The notes below the pieces were generated by a model that was not told the DNA's origin, did not search any database, and saw nothing but the letters and a program-made list of their open reading frames with translations. A stretch of DNA of 64,000 nucleotides from Spizellomyces punctatus DAOM BR117. Lineage: Eukaryota. The stretch lies in NCBI GenBank assembly GCA_000182565.2, contig KQ257451.1. One strand, 5' to 3'. Positions 1-12,976 of the stretch are shown piece by piece (the stretch's first letter is position 1; the number at the start of each line of letters is the position of its first letter). The translations under genes were made by a program, and so were the position numbers.

Positions 1-614
1 GATTGCGTGAAGCATCGTGAACCTGCGATCACTGTTCGGTGACAGCCCGGGGGAGGGGATTCGCGCTTGACCGTGTTGAATGGATCCATCCAGGCCACGT
101 GATTTGCTTGCAAGCGGCATGGAGCTCCCACGCAACCAAAGATGCCTGCAGAGGAACTACCTGTCCAAGATTTCTCCTTTGTGCCTTTTTGCTTCGCTCC
201 ATCATCTGCGACCCCCATTTGGCTTTATCTGGCTCTGTGTATTTGTCTGGTCCTCCTCCACAGTGGCCTTCTCGGCCCTGCGATCTCCAGCAAATTGTCC
301 AATTCCACCTGAGTGCACGCTGTTGACTGGATAGGACGGAGCCAAAGGGCATTCGGCTCAGCTCTGCACTATTGGTCCAGGCCGCAAGATATCTTGAAGC
401 TGAAACATTGGTTGTTCTCTGGGATAAGCGTGGTAGGCGGGTTTTGCAAGATTGTCGCTTTTTTATGGCCATTTGATGGCGCCACCCGCGGGCATTTAAT
501 GGCTGACGCGAATCGTTATATCTAACTTATCGTCGCCCGTACTGTCAGTAGTTCCTCGAGACTTGGACCTTCACGTAGACGTCTTAAAGCTTGCTTGAGC
601 CGTCAAAAGCCTTA

Positions 615-3099
615 ATGGCCCAACCCATGCAGCATGCGCGACAGAATTCAATGCAGGGCAGTGAGGGCAATACCGGTGTCATGTCGCCAGAATTATACGG
701 TTCGCCATATGGAGGGAGCGGCGACCCAGTTCCTCCAATGTCGTTGAATCAGCAGGATTCACGAGACGATTTAGAGAGAGTTATGGAGACCAGTCCAAAT
801 GCAAGATATGCAAAGGTGCAGAATCCCTCTTATTTTCGGGGTTGTGCGATTGATGATGGGCATTGAGCGGGCCGCTCGCAGAGGGTCCGCTTTCTTGATA
901 TCAAGTACTTATTTTGCAATATGTCGCATTACTGCAGCTCAATCAACTGCTAGGAAAGGGCGCGTACAAGGTTGTATATAAGGCGATTGATAGGGAGGAG
1001 GGCTACGAAGTCGCGTGGAATACGTGCCAGGTAGGTGATTCAGGTCAATTGCCAGGCTTTCATAACCTTAAATACTCTGTTATAATATTAAAGACTACCA
1101 AAGCGGAGTTTATGGAGTTGAGCGAGGAGATTGAGATCCTGAAACGAGTGCGGCATCCGAATATCATACAATTCCATGATTGCTGGTACAATAATATGGA
1201 GTTCGTTTTTATTACGGAGCTGATGACTTCTGGAACACTGCGAGAGTAAGTTGTATGAACGGCGTATTTCGGCATGGGAAGCTGATGGATGTTCTTCGCG
1301 TAGGTATATTCGCAAACTTCAGATTCCAAATTTGAAGATTGTAAAGCGATGGGCACGACAAATACTAAAGGGTCTATCATATCTTCACTCACACGATCCA
1401 CCAATTATCCATCGCGATATTAAGGTAGGTTCGAAAAAGCTAAGAATTTTGAAGTACGGGTTGATCGTATGTGTTATTTACTTGGAAACCTAGTGCGATA
1501 ACATTTTCATAAACGGTGCACACGGAGAGGTGAAGATAGGGGATATGGGAACGGCAAAGATGAAGCTTGGGAAGAAGTACACAGTCATAGGGACGCCGGA
1601 ATTCATGGCACCGGTACGTACTGGATTGTGTTAAGTCCAGCTGGGATAGTTATAAAGAATTAGGTATTATAGGAAATGTATGAGGAAAAGGGGTACAGCG
1701 AGAAAGTTGATATATATGCATTCGGAATGGCGTTGTTGGAAATGGTAAGTGCAATATGTTATTCAGGACATGATGTTTTGACGGCTTATATATTGTTGTC
1801 TTGACATCAGGTCACTGGAGAATATCCATATAACGAGTGCAAAAACGCGGCGCAAATCTACAAGAAAGTCACGCAGGTACGTTCGGGTGTTCCACACCTT
1901 TTCTCGATTTGGTTTGATAAAAGGGTTAGCGTTCGGACGGACACTTTGGGTCGAAGGGAGCAAAGATCTTGTCAAAGACTCACTGAACCCTTTTTTTTTC
2001 AGGGCATTAAACCTGAATGCCTATCGCGAGTCACCGATCCAGAAGTTCTGGATCTGATCAATAACTGCATAGGAAATGAGCATGACCGACTAAGCGCACA
2101 GGAAATTATCGAGCATCCTTTCCTCGCCTTGGAGCCTGAAGTAGTGCTCGTAATGACAGAGAACAAAACTCACTTGACCATGCAAGTAGTCTTCAAGGGC
2201 ATGGACAAGCTGTCGGTGAAATTTGAGTTCAACGGTATAGTCGTTTCTCATCAAGTTTCAGTGCCTCCGGCGATGGTAAAATTCTGATTTCGGTTTGTTT
2301 ATATGTCGCCAGTGGACACAGATACCGCGGAAGAGGTGGTGAATGAGATGGTAGGGCGCTATCTGACCATACCGTGCACATGGGAGTGGTGATTTGACGT
2401 ACGTTTAGATCCAAGAGCAGGTGCTTCCAGCCAAGTATCAGCACCTGATAACCGGGGAGATTAATCGCATTCTGCGAGAGATGAACAAACCATCGCCAGA
2501 TGAGGACAAAAACAGAGAGGAGTCACGGCAAGGGTGGGCTACACGAAGTAACAGCATGTCACAAAACACGCCGCAGGACGCAGAGCCTGGAACACGGCCA
2601 CCTCAGCAAGCGGATGACGGAACTCCAAGCAGCGAATCAGCGCCACTCCTGCGGAAAGTGTCACTACAAGAAGCCCGTAGCGAAGATTTTGTTGATTTCC
2701 CACATAAAGGTGACTTCCGAGTTGGCCTAATTCAATTACATGGGATAGCGCATACTCACCGGAATGTTTTTCAGAATATGCTGATGACCGACCTATTGAA
2801 GAGATGGTCATGGACACGGCAATAGCCACCAACCGAGGAGTGGAGAAAGCGAACGAGTGGTTGGCCAAGCTGAAAGCCCAAGACATTATGACTGTAGGCG
2901 ACATGCGGGAGTTACATGACGAGGATTGGTCGAGCCTGTACGTTGAAGAGCGCTAGGATAGCTGATTTTACCTGGCTTCTACTGACCCAGACGCTGCCGT
3001 CCATTCTGTAGGGGCCTTACGGTGTTCGCAAGTCGCGCTTTGAAGAACGTTTTGTATGGTAAACCTGCTCGACCTGCGCCCACCAATAGGGAATCGTAA
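615..3099 (+). CDS. WNK: WNK (with-no-lysine) family Ser/Thr kinase, multi-exon
   Basis: Spliced translation gives [14 protein letters not shown]...EVAWN (catalytic Lys in the Gly-rich loop), [55 protein letters not shown]2/CCT-like segment follows ([19 protein letters not shown]). ATG 615, TAA 3097-3099. Confidence 0.93.
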
Positions 3100-3294
3100 A
3101 TACATGTAGACTAATGAGGCGCCGGGAGGGGGTGTGACTGATGCGAAGAAAATGACTCTTTTGGTTTGTTGCTAGAAGATACCCTCTGGTTCAAATTGAA
3201 ACCGTTATGCATCTCATTGCACCTGTTGAACTGAAGATAGAGACTGAATTTTGTATCTACGATTGACTTAATGACTTCACAAGACATATCGCAA

Positions 3295-5443
3295 TTAGCG
3301 AAGCATTCCTCGTAATATGTCAGCATTATCTGATATGAAAGCCACCACCTCTGGGAGGTTGTCATCCAAAGCACTACCAGAAGAACCTTGTTGACTGTTC
3401 CTTGCCCTACATGCTGACAAGTCGAGTTCCAGCACACAATCCAAATCTTTCAGGAACTGAGAGAAACGATTAACCGCCTATTTGGGGTTTAAACATTTCA
3501 AAATCTCCGTCGTAGCGGCTGCATTCAGGTGAGATGTACATACCTCGCTCAGAGTATCATATCCATCAGCTTGTTTCCTCTTTTTTGCTTCACTAGCACT
3601 GAGTCCAAAGAAACCCTCGATCAGCTGAAGTGATACAATGTTATCAGAAAAACCTCGCGCGAAACAGAAGCTGATTTGGCTACGCACATGGTTCGCTAGG
3701 CCTGCTCGCACTAGACTTGTTCCATCATCAATCACCACAATCAACGAATATCCGGATCGCTGGAGTCGTAGTGTTTCCCAGTTGTCGATGTGTGCCTGTA
3801 AGGCCAGTTGCCAAATAAGTGACATGTTCACCTATCAGACAGGTGTGCTGGAAACTGAACCTTAACATGTATCCGAGTGTGAGACCTACTAGCTACTATT
3901 GTTTCAATATTGCACAAGTACCCTAGACGCGGTGGTGCTGTCGCGGGCTGTATCAGGTTCGGACGATTCGGAGAGGAGAGCCGCGGTTTTTTGGCTGGCG
4001 ACGAGGACTCGTTATCGCCAAGCTGATTCGGTGGGGATTGTAACTCATGAGGATGTGACAATCGCTGTCGTGTCGATAGCTCTTTGAATACAGAAAAGCC
4101 TGATGGGGAGGAATGTGATGAATTGAGTCGTCCTTCTTGTTTCATCTCAATCGCTCCAACACTCGTTGGTGCGATACTCGCGGGTTTCAAATCTGTGCGA
4201 GTCTGTGCCGGCACACCACTATCATTTTGCCTATTGGAGATTGGTGGTATCGCCCCATCGGATGTCAGGTCAATCAACTGAGGGAACTTTTCGTCCTTAA
4301 TGCTGCAGAGAGAAAGCACATTTGAATTGCTCTGGATTGCAGAATAGCCAGCCTCTTCTTGCAGCAAAACGTCAACGTCTCCCAGATCGAAATCAAAAGC
4401 ATCCAAGTCGAAATCATCGTCGTCGAAGGGGAAGTCCTCCAGTTTAGCATCCTCGTCCTTGGCCGAGTGAGCAGTAACACCTGGGTGTGCAATACTTGCA
4501 TCAGGCCGAAGCGACTGGGCGCCCTCTGTTGATTGACCCCGGGGATGCCGATTGTCCACGGAAGATAGGATTCGATACGATTCCGATCCCGCAACTGTTG
4601 CTTCGCCCTGGCGATCTGGTGCAGATCCATCATTTCGGGTGGGTATCGAGTCTGTGCGTTGTGGCGCTTCATATTCAATGCTGTTATTGAACGTCGGTTA
4701 CTTTCACTTCCGGTATTTTGTTCGTTACTCACAGTTAACATACTTCAAAAATGCCTTGCATTTTTTCTCCAACCTCACTAACGGCTCGTCAACGTTCATG
4801 CTTGCCACATAGCCGCCAAGGATCGAGAAGTTCTGCGGCTCAAGCATAATGACGCCTTGGCGAATTGTTGCATTTGTTACGACAACCTACTGAATACTTG
4901 ATGAGATGAATTTTCCGGACACAATCATCAATCTGACACTAAGGAATTCACCTTAACGCCTAACATGCTCTCCACCGATATTCCTGGGAGTAAAGCGCAT
5001 TCCATGGCTGGGACCTCCTGCACGCCGTCCGTTAACTGTAAGCGAAGCATTTTCCTTGGAATTTGAAGGCTGCTGTGCTGTGGTCGTGGTGGCTCTCCTT
5101 TCTTTGGCTTGAAGTCCAAGATAAGCTCGAGCATGGAGTTTGCTGAGACGCCGACCTCATGCACATCAATGACTTGCAAGACAATGCCCTTAGGTCGACC
5201 CACCACAACTTTATGCGCCTCTGTTATCCTTGGAGGCAGAACGGGCAGTCCAACCTCGCGCAAATCTGTGTGAAGATACTGTTCGAGGATACCGTCCACT
5301 AGATCACTGTCGGTTAGGGATATTGGAGATCTTGTTCGAAGGTAGTTGATGCACTGCTCAGTCCAGTGGGGATGAATCTGAATGTTCTTGGCCGCCAAGC
5401 GCTGCTGGACAGTTGAGGGGATGATGGGTGAAGGCTGCAACAT
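3295..5443 (-). CDS. RMI1: RecQ-mediated genome instability protein 1 (OB-fold BTR complex subunit)
   Basis: N-terminal W..QC helical region, QYLHTDLR, VLQVIDV.EVGVSA, RKMLRLQLTDGVQEVPAME, G.K|VVV.NA.IRQGVIML.PQNF.ILGG. Then an acidic linker and a C-terminal OB region (YSLIVVIDDGTSLVRA). Stop at 3295-3297. Confidence 0.88.
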
Positions 5444-5708
5444 TGCACGCCAAACTTCTGCAAGTGATGGGCAAGTTTCTACCAGGACCGGAATCTGCGG
5501 TGGCTGGCTAGTCAATACTAGGTTCATTCCAATGCGCCTTAACCGGCAAAATAAAAAACGAATGAATTCGTAGCCAACAGCGAATTTGATGCAAATACAC
5601 AATCATCCGGATTATTGCGGCTGAACCATGTTTTGATTTTTGTATGCGACGATGACATCCATCATACTCCGATCCGTCTGTGTATCGGTTTTTGGGACAA
5701 TTTTCGAC

Positions 5709-8700
5709 ATGCCGAAAGCAACGAGAAAAAAGAAGCTCAAAGCGGAGGATTTCAGAGTAAGTAGACGAAGATCTGACGATATCTTTTTCCTTACCTCGAT
5801 TTCGATTATTGCTATGCCCAGATCACTCATGACTTCGTAACAGAAAACCAAGCTCAAGGTCGGGAAAAAGAAACCTCCCGCCACAAACCAAACTGATGTT
5901 TCCTTTCGCTCGCAAGGTACAGCTCCACATTGTATGAACATTTTTAATCTCCCTCATTCACCCCTTTCGTATGCCTTAAGCCATTGTCGTTCCCTCTCAA
6001 AGTATTATCGACGAGAAGGCTTCCTCTGACCTTGTTAACAGTCGCAAACAAAGCCTCAAAGATATTATAGTGCAATTAAAACATTACAATGCACAAACGC
6101 GGAAAGGTCTGTCCAATGGGTTTAGCATATGGGGTTACCGAGTAAATTGTGGGGATGCTGAGAACCGAAATTGACTACCAGATGCGTTGGTGGGGATTAA
6201 GGACCTTCATAACAGACATCCCGAGGCGCTACATGCCCATCTTAGCACACTTCTTGATGCTCTTTCCAAGCTTCTTGTTGATGATGTGAGTCTCAATGTA
6301 ATCGCAATCCTAACAGTTATTGTTATTTACTTTTCGTTTAGGATGGAAACGTTCGAAAGACGCTGCTTTCCTTTTTGAAGGATTTGATGCCTACTATACC
6401 AAAGGTTATTTCCTAATAATTTGGCCAGCGGTTGCATGTCGTGACCTCCAACTAATACCATTGTTTATGTAGGGTCACTTTCGACCGTTCATGTCACTTT
6501 TGATGGCGTACACCTGCTCTGCTATGACACACATATCGGAAGATATTAGGCTAGACGGATTGAGGTTCTTAAGAATATGGCAGGATAATTACCCGGATTT
6601 AATCGCTACCTATGCAGACAAGGTCAGATTTTGCCTCCCTTATGTGTCTCCATTCAGTGCTCATGATGAACTGCAGGTTATTCCAAATTTCCTTTCAATG
6701 TTGTCAACCGGCGGTAAATCCCAGAGCTCATCTTCCATCGGTAACTACCCATGTAGTTCATCATAATGTGGTGTGGTGTAGCTTTAAACTTCTCTTAACA
6801 GGCACGGGTTCGTCTTTACTCGTGAATCCCCGCAGTCAACTTGGCAGCGCAAAGGTGAAAAGAACGATGAAATTCTTTTTTCTCATTCAAAATGCTGGAC
6901 TTACGGTTTTTTTATTGATGATTATAGTCTAGAGTGGACGTTCTGGACAGTCTTCACAGGTTTCTGCAGCTGGTCCTGGAAACTGGAAACGATACGTAAG
7001 TCATTCATCCAAGCGGAAGATAGTACTATTAAAGGGTGAACATTTGTAAATATTACCCACAGCTGGTGGTTTCTGGCCATGTCCACCAGGTCCGAAGACT
7101 CGGCTAGCACCGATCAAGCGCCAGAATTTGTTGCTTATCAACCGGTATGTAACACATTACGTAGTAAAGAGAGGCTGGGATGCTAAAAGACTTGTCACGC
7201 TGTAGCGCGGTTTAGTTATCCACGGTTGGAGTGAGGTGCTAGGCAGGCCTCACCATGCTCGTAGCAGCCTTCGTGAAAGCGACCACCTAGATTTGTTTAC
7301 CGCAACAAGCACATCCGCACCACATGATCGTTTAGTGATAGATCATGGTGGTAAGGGTGAGAATGTAGTGCGCAATCTGTACGACTTAGCAGAGTTTGAC
7401 CAGTTGAAGGTATGTGTTATTGAATGCGGATTGTTTTGAGACGTTTGTATGGCGAAAGATTTTCCGATATCGTCTTACCGACGCCTTCAGGCTTTCACGG
7501 ATGTCATCATGCCGGTCCTTGTTGATATATGGTTGGAGGCCTCACCGACGGCATTTTCTGCGGGGTCCATAACTCTATCACCCGCTCTTTCCGTCATGCA
7601 TACTGTTTTGAGAATGACAAACTTGATTTGGAGGGCTTTACTATTCACTGAGAAGGTATGTATAACTGTTCCGGGGAACAGAGTAGCGATATACCCGCTA
7701 AACTTTAGGTCTGCAGAAGCGAGCAGACAGTGGTTGGGTCGACTCGTGGTTAACGACAATCTCCAAGCATTTTGCGGTTCACTTTCCCTTCGGAAGCAGC
7801 AACTTCTCCCTCCGGGAAAAGCAGGTATTGATATAGCGTATCGAAAGGATCAAGACGTCTGTATTGAATGGTCTTACAGGTGGATACAGTTTTACAAGAT
7901 ATGAATATCCTCTTTTGCGAGATTCTGTCCCATTTCCTTTTGGGAGGGCAGTCGAGTAAGCCGGAAGGAGCGTTCCACTGGCGGGACCGAATGTTTGAAT
8001 ATGTTCTGGAGTTGTTTGATGGCAAGGTATTTTTTGGGAATGGTGCTGCAACGCTCCCCCTTAGCTAATTCGATGGTCAAGAAAACGATGGATCGTTCTC
8101 CAAGAACGCCTGCGACAATCGTAAGCCTCACTAACCAGCAATTAGAAGCCACCTATCCTGTGCTATGGACGTTACTCAATACATTGGATAGCGGCGAATG
8201 TGCGGATCTAATGCGCGTAAGTACAGCGTACATTTTGTTTACTGAATTTACTAACGTCCATATTGGTAGGCTTTCTTACGAAATGCTCAGTTGTTAACTG
8301 ACCTCCGATCTGCGAGACGCTCCTTCACCTTCATATGTAAAATACTAAAGGTATGCTATGATTGGGAAAGATCAAACTCTGGTTATCTCGACTGTGCCTT
8401 ACAAGTTCCTCCTCCTTGTCTGCGACAGCTACAGGACCGGCGTCAGTATATTGGCAAGTTTAAAGTATCTGCAAATGAGCAGCTGTATGACATTATACAG
8501 AAATGGCTTTTGGGGTTGCCAAAAAAACTGTGGCAGCTAAAAATATCTGATCAAGCATTCAGCAAGGTACATTTGGGTACATTTTCACTCGCCGCAAGCT
8601 AGTACCACCGGTCATTGATGTCATCCATGCTGTTAGGATATCATTGACATGCTGGCATATACCCTCAGAAATGACCTTTGCGGATTTGCTTCCGACAAAG

Positions 8701-10226
8701 TATGGACATTGCCATATTGCATTATGATATGGATGCATCTTATTAGTGATTGACCTGCTTTCTTCCGTAGGCATTCACATCCGGTCTGCAGACCGCGATC
8801 ATTCCATTTTTCCAGGTCACCACAGCAAAAGGTCCACTATTTGGTCCTTTCGTGGACTCTTCTCCCACCGTTCAACATGCTGCCGTAGCGTTGCTCTATT
8901 ATCTGCCAGCGTGGCCCGATAAGCTGATTCGTGGAGTCGCCACCTGTGTGACAAGTAAGCGCTTGAGGTGCTGAGGAGTCTGCTCCTCTGTATGTCGTAC
9001 TCACGTCATGCCGTCTTGCAGACTTTTCGGTATCAGCTGATATCGTCGGTCAGACACTTGAGATACTTGGGCGCCGACAAAATCAACCGGCAACGTGTCT
9101 GCCTCTTGAAGTCTACGCGAGCATTTTGATAACCGTAGGCATCGTGGGACATGTGACCTCGGAGATGGCTGCTTTGCAAACGCAGGACGTATCGAAACAC
9201 CCGTCGGGGCGAATGATGATCATTCGCGGGAGGAATGAGGTCATCGAGGCGAAATTGAGAAAGAAGGAGATCAACGCCGATGATTTCTGGAAACGGCGAC
9301 TGGCGATTACGCAGGTATGCCCATCGCTCGACGTGGTATCACGTATGGTCATGTTTGTTGATGGATCACACTCCATTGTGTCATAGCGAGCTCTCACTTT
9401 GTTGTCACATCCGTCTATCGATGGAGCATTGTTTGTACCTGCTTTGCAGGAATTGATGGTAAGCTGAAAGGAACTTAAATTGAGTCTCATCATATTAAAA
9501 CCTATGTTGATCGTGTATCGTGTACCCAGCAGATGCAAGCACTACCAGTAGATACCTACTACGGAATCGCAAGTGCCATACATTGCATCGCCAAGTCTGC
9601 GGCATTGTCAAATTTGGTATCCGTGCAAATTACGGCAGATATCTCTCGCGCATTGATTGCCACAATGGAAATGAATTATGTCAGTGGGGATTTTCATCAG
9701 GTTAGCACTCTCAGTGCATGATTCTCGGGCATGCCAGCTGACGTCGGAGTGTTAGAATCGTGAGACTTTCGTTCATTGTTTCCAAATTTCATCGCTCCTG
9801 CTACTCCAATTACCGGATCTGGCGAGTTCGGTCATCAAGATGGTCTCGACGAACATTCAGGGTATGGTTTTCTTTGGTACCATGTCCACGGACCTTCTGC
9901 TGATAGCCCCCGCGGGATAGAACGTACTAGGGTTTCTGCCGATCAACCATCTGCCAATGAGATATGTGCGACATTCAAAGTGATGACAAGGTTGATCCTA
10001 GGAAATGAGCAATTGAGAGACCAAGTTATGGGTGGTGTCGACTCCCTCAAAGAATTACGCCTGATGGCGACCACATTGAAGGTATGATCCTCGCTAAGTG
10101 GCATGTATGTGACAGTTAGACAAATTTCTCATATACACATAGGACCTTGCGAAGCGCAGTGAGAAAGTAGGAACTGAGATGCTGAAGGAGGAAATTGAGA
10201 TGCTTTGCCGGCTTTTGGGTTTGTAA
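5709..10226 (+). CDS. IPI1: Pre-rRNA-processing protein IPI1/TEX10 (Rix1 complex), many exons
   Basis: MPKATRKKKLKAEDFR|KTKLKVGKKK, LKHYNAQTRK|DALVGIKDL, AYTCSAMTHISEDIRLDGLRFL, followed by a long helical C-terminal part. Internal exon boundaries are partly uncertain. Confidence 0.88.
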
Positions 10227-10351
10227 AGAGTATGATGAAGGGGAGTGTAGTACAGATGAAATCCTGTTTAAGAGTCCCTTTTTATGTAGAGCTTAGAGTT
10301 AGATGGTTCTGTATATAATTTGTAGAATGGCTTTCCCGACTGCTGACATTT

Positions 10352-12014
10352 CTACTCTGTGTCATCTACTTCTTCCAAATATGAATTCACCTTTGCCGCC
10401 GCTATTTCTCGCGTGGAAGCCCAGCCTGGGAAGCCGGTAGTTGTTGGGTTTGCTGCTGCCCAGTCAACACTAATCTCCTCGAGTTCTGGAATTGCATCAT
10501 CATCGTCAACGTCATCGCCGTGCCTTACAGGTAACTCTTCAATGAGAGGTCCCACTGTTGGTTTGGCCCACGGTGTTCGGAATTGGAATTGGTCGTTTTG
10601 GCTGTCGTTGTCCTCGACATCTGCTTCCTCTATTACTATTCTTTTTCCAGAAGTCGATAGCTCGGTGAAAGATCGAATGGGAGCTGCATTTCGTTCACCA
10701 ATTTCTGCACATTTTGTTAATGTTGGCTCGTCAGCTTCTTTCGGACGCTCCTCTGGTTCCTTTATTTTGTCCAACATTTCATCCCGCAATTTCTCAACCT
10801 CGGGTGAAAAGACAGGCTCTTCCTCCTCGCCATATCTTTCACGTCGACGTGCTCGGGCGTCATCCTGAAGCTTTCTCAATGCTGCGTAGAGTTTGGTGGG
10901 TTCGTAACTAACTTTTCCCAGAGAAACCGCTGGCGGTACACACCTTCAAAGCTCCTTTCGTGCTCCTTCTTTTCCTCATCTTTTTGTCGTTGTCTTTCCT
11001 CTCTCTCGGCTTCTATCCCTCCGCGTGCCCTATCGACATTTTTCAAATAAAATTAAATGAAATCGAAACGTGCGATTATTGTAAGCTCCACGAAGACGCA
11101 CCACGCTTCGACGGCCAGTCTCTCTTTATCAAAGACGGGTCGATCATCCAAGTATGTCAGCGTTCTGATGCGGGAGATCAATGTCCTTCTGTAGTTTGGA
11201 ATTTTAGACGTCACCGGGTTAGACATGAGATTCAGAACAGCCTATGAATGGGAATACGAATGAGATAATGCTCTTCATGAAGCCAAGTGTGCAGTTTGAA
11301 TCCCCACCAGATTAGGCATCAGTTCAAAAATTTCCACAATTTCCGGATCCTCAATTTTATTGTGGGATAAATCCAGGACAGTAATTGACTCGCACTCGGC
11401 CAGGTGAGAAATGTCCTCTTTTGATTTCAGGAAGTTGTGGGTGAGCTGTAACGTCGTGAGATTCTTCAACGAGGCCAAGTTGTCTATCTTCTTGAGAAGG
11501 TTATTGTTCAAACTGAGTGTATCGAGATGAATGAGCTCGTCTAGATTCTCGATGGTTTCGATGCAATTTTGCGCCAGGTAGAGACATCTGAGCTCGGTGA
11601 GAGCGGATAGACCCTCAATGGTGGATATCCCGTTTCCTTCCAGCCAGAGTGCTTTGACACCAGTGTACGCTTCTAGATTCTCAATCTTGGCAAACCCTAC
11701 CGACAGTTTATCAGCTCTAATGCTTCTTAATAGTGGGTCCAAGACCAATTTGGTGCCCATGGCCACTAACTGCACCTTTGAAATGAAGATAGAGCTTATC
11801 ATTCAGTTCCGGCGTTTGGTAAAGTTTCTGCTCTCGGCACAGCTGCTGGATATATTTTGCGGTCATGCGAGTGTTGCTGTTGGGCAGGCATGAGATTCTT
11901 GGCAGCGCATAACTGATGTCAGCAGTCTTACCCTTGGCCATCCAGTTCTTTCGCATCTCGCCTTGAGGGCCATGGCCGGGCCCCCGCGGTCACAGTTCTG
12001 TCTGCAAGAAGCAT
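10352..12014 (-). CDS. DNAAF1: Dynein axonemal assembly factor 1 (LRRC50/ODA7)
   Basis: [55 protein letters not shown], LRRs, [10 protein letters not shown] cap and an acidic tail. ATG 12014 joins in frame through a phase-2 intron starting at 11931. Confidence 0.92.
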
Positions 12015-12201
12015 TGTGTGTCCACAGGTGTTAAACGTTAAACGTAATACACTGGTATTAGGTGGAAAGTACTCTTTAGACCAACCTGTGGCAGTTTACC
12101 AGGATCACGTTAGCTAATCAAGACGCGAGACTACGCGTTGCTGCGCTTCTCACATCGAGTAGAAACGCTCGCTCAACCCCACATCCAGGTCACCTTATCC
12201 A

Positions 12202-12759
12202 ATGGCCACGACAGCGTCAGAGAGTCATACCGCTAATCCCGAGACCCGCCAAAACAGCAGTGAAGAATGGCTTCTCCTTCGAATCGGGGCGATACCACGC
12301 AACTCGCTTGGATGGTTTCGGTGTGGCGTGGGGTTTTATAACAAGAAGGATTATTCAAAGGCAATAGAGTGCTTTGAAAAAGCTGTGGAATTAGATCCCA
12401 TGAATGTACGAATTATGAGGTGTCAGACCGTATCATGATGCATAAATGGTGTGCTGATCATTTCTCATTTATGATGTACAGTACAATGCGTTCCAAATAA
12501 TGGCAAGAGCTTGCATAGCAGTCAATCGTAAGGCCCTGCTGAATCCGATATTCTATACTTGGAAGGATTAAGCTGATTTATGACATGCAGGAAAAGACGA
12601 TGCCATAGCCGCATTAAAGCAATCTGTGATGCTCGACAATCCCTCAGATTGGTAGGCGCAACAATGTTTCCTATGTGCGAGATATGTTCGTCTGACTCTA
12701 AAACGTTTCCTCTTCTGCGTAGGCAACTGCTAATAGAGCTCACTTCAAACAAAGAGTGA
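12202..12759 (+). CDS. Small TPR-repeat protein (4 exons)
   Basis: WFRCGVGFYNKKDYSKAIECFEKAVELDPMN|YNAFQIMARACIAVNR|KDDAIAALKQSVMLDNPSD|WQLLIEL: two TPR motifs joined by canonical GT-AG introns. Confidence 0.8.
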
Positions 12760-12976
12760 CCACCAGTCCAAGAACTGTCGTTAACAGACGGTTCGCCAGC
12801 AAACGGATTGCTGTCTATCATGGGTGACTGTTTTACGTTACTTAAAATGACATACTTGTTTAATCTTTACGTACGCACGGTGCTAAATACAAGAAAAAAA
12901 AAAATAGAACTACTATACAAGACAACTATATATCAGTATATCAGTGTCAAATTAAACGACTATTACGTATGTCGAC

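Noticed and set aside
1-525. Overlapping ORFs of 70-147 aa upstream of WNK
   Set aside because: No recognisable domain or consistent splice pattern; probably promoter/UTR or chance ORFs.
816-937. TGATGA and small hairpin in WNK intron 1 (possible C/D snoRNA)
   Set aside because: No downstream CTGA D box or terminal stem.
8022-8080. Possible GC-AG intron in IPI1 (G|GCAAGG...TTAG)
   Set aside because: A canonical in-frame GTATTT...CTAAT...AAG intron explains the junction equally well.
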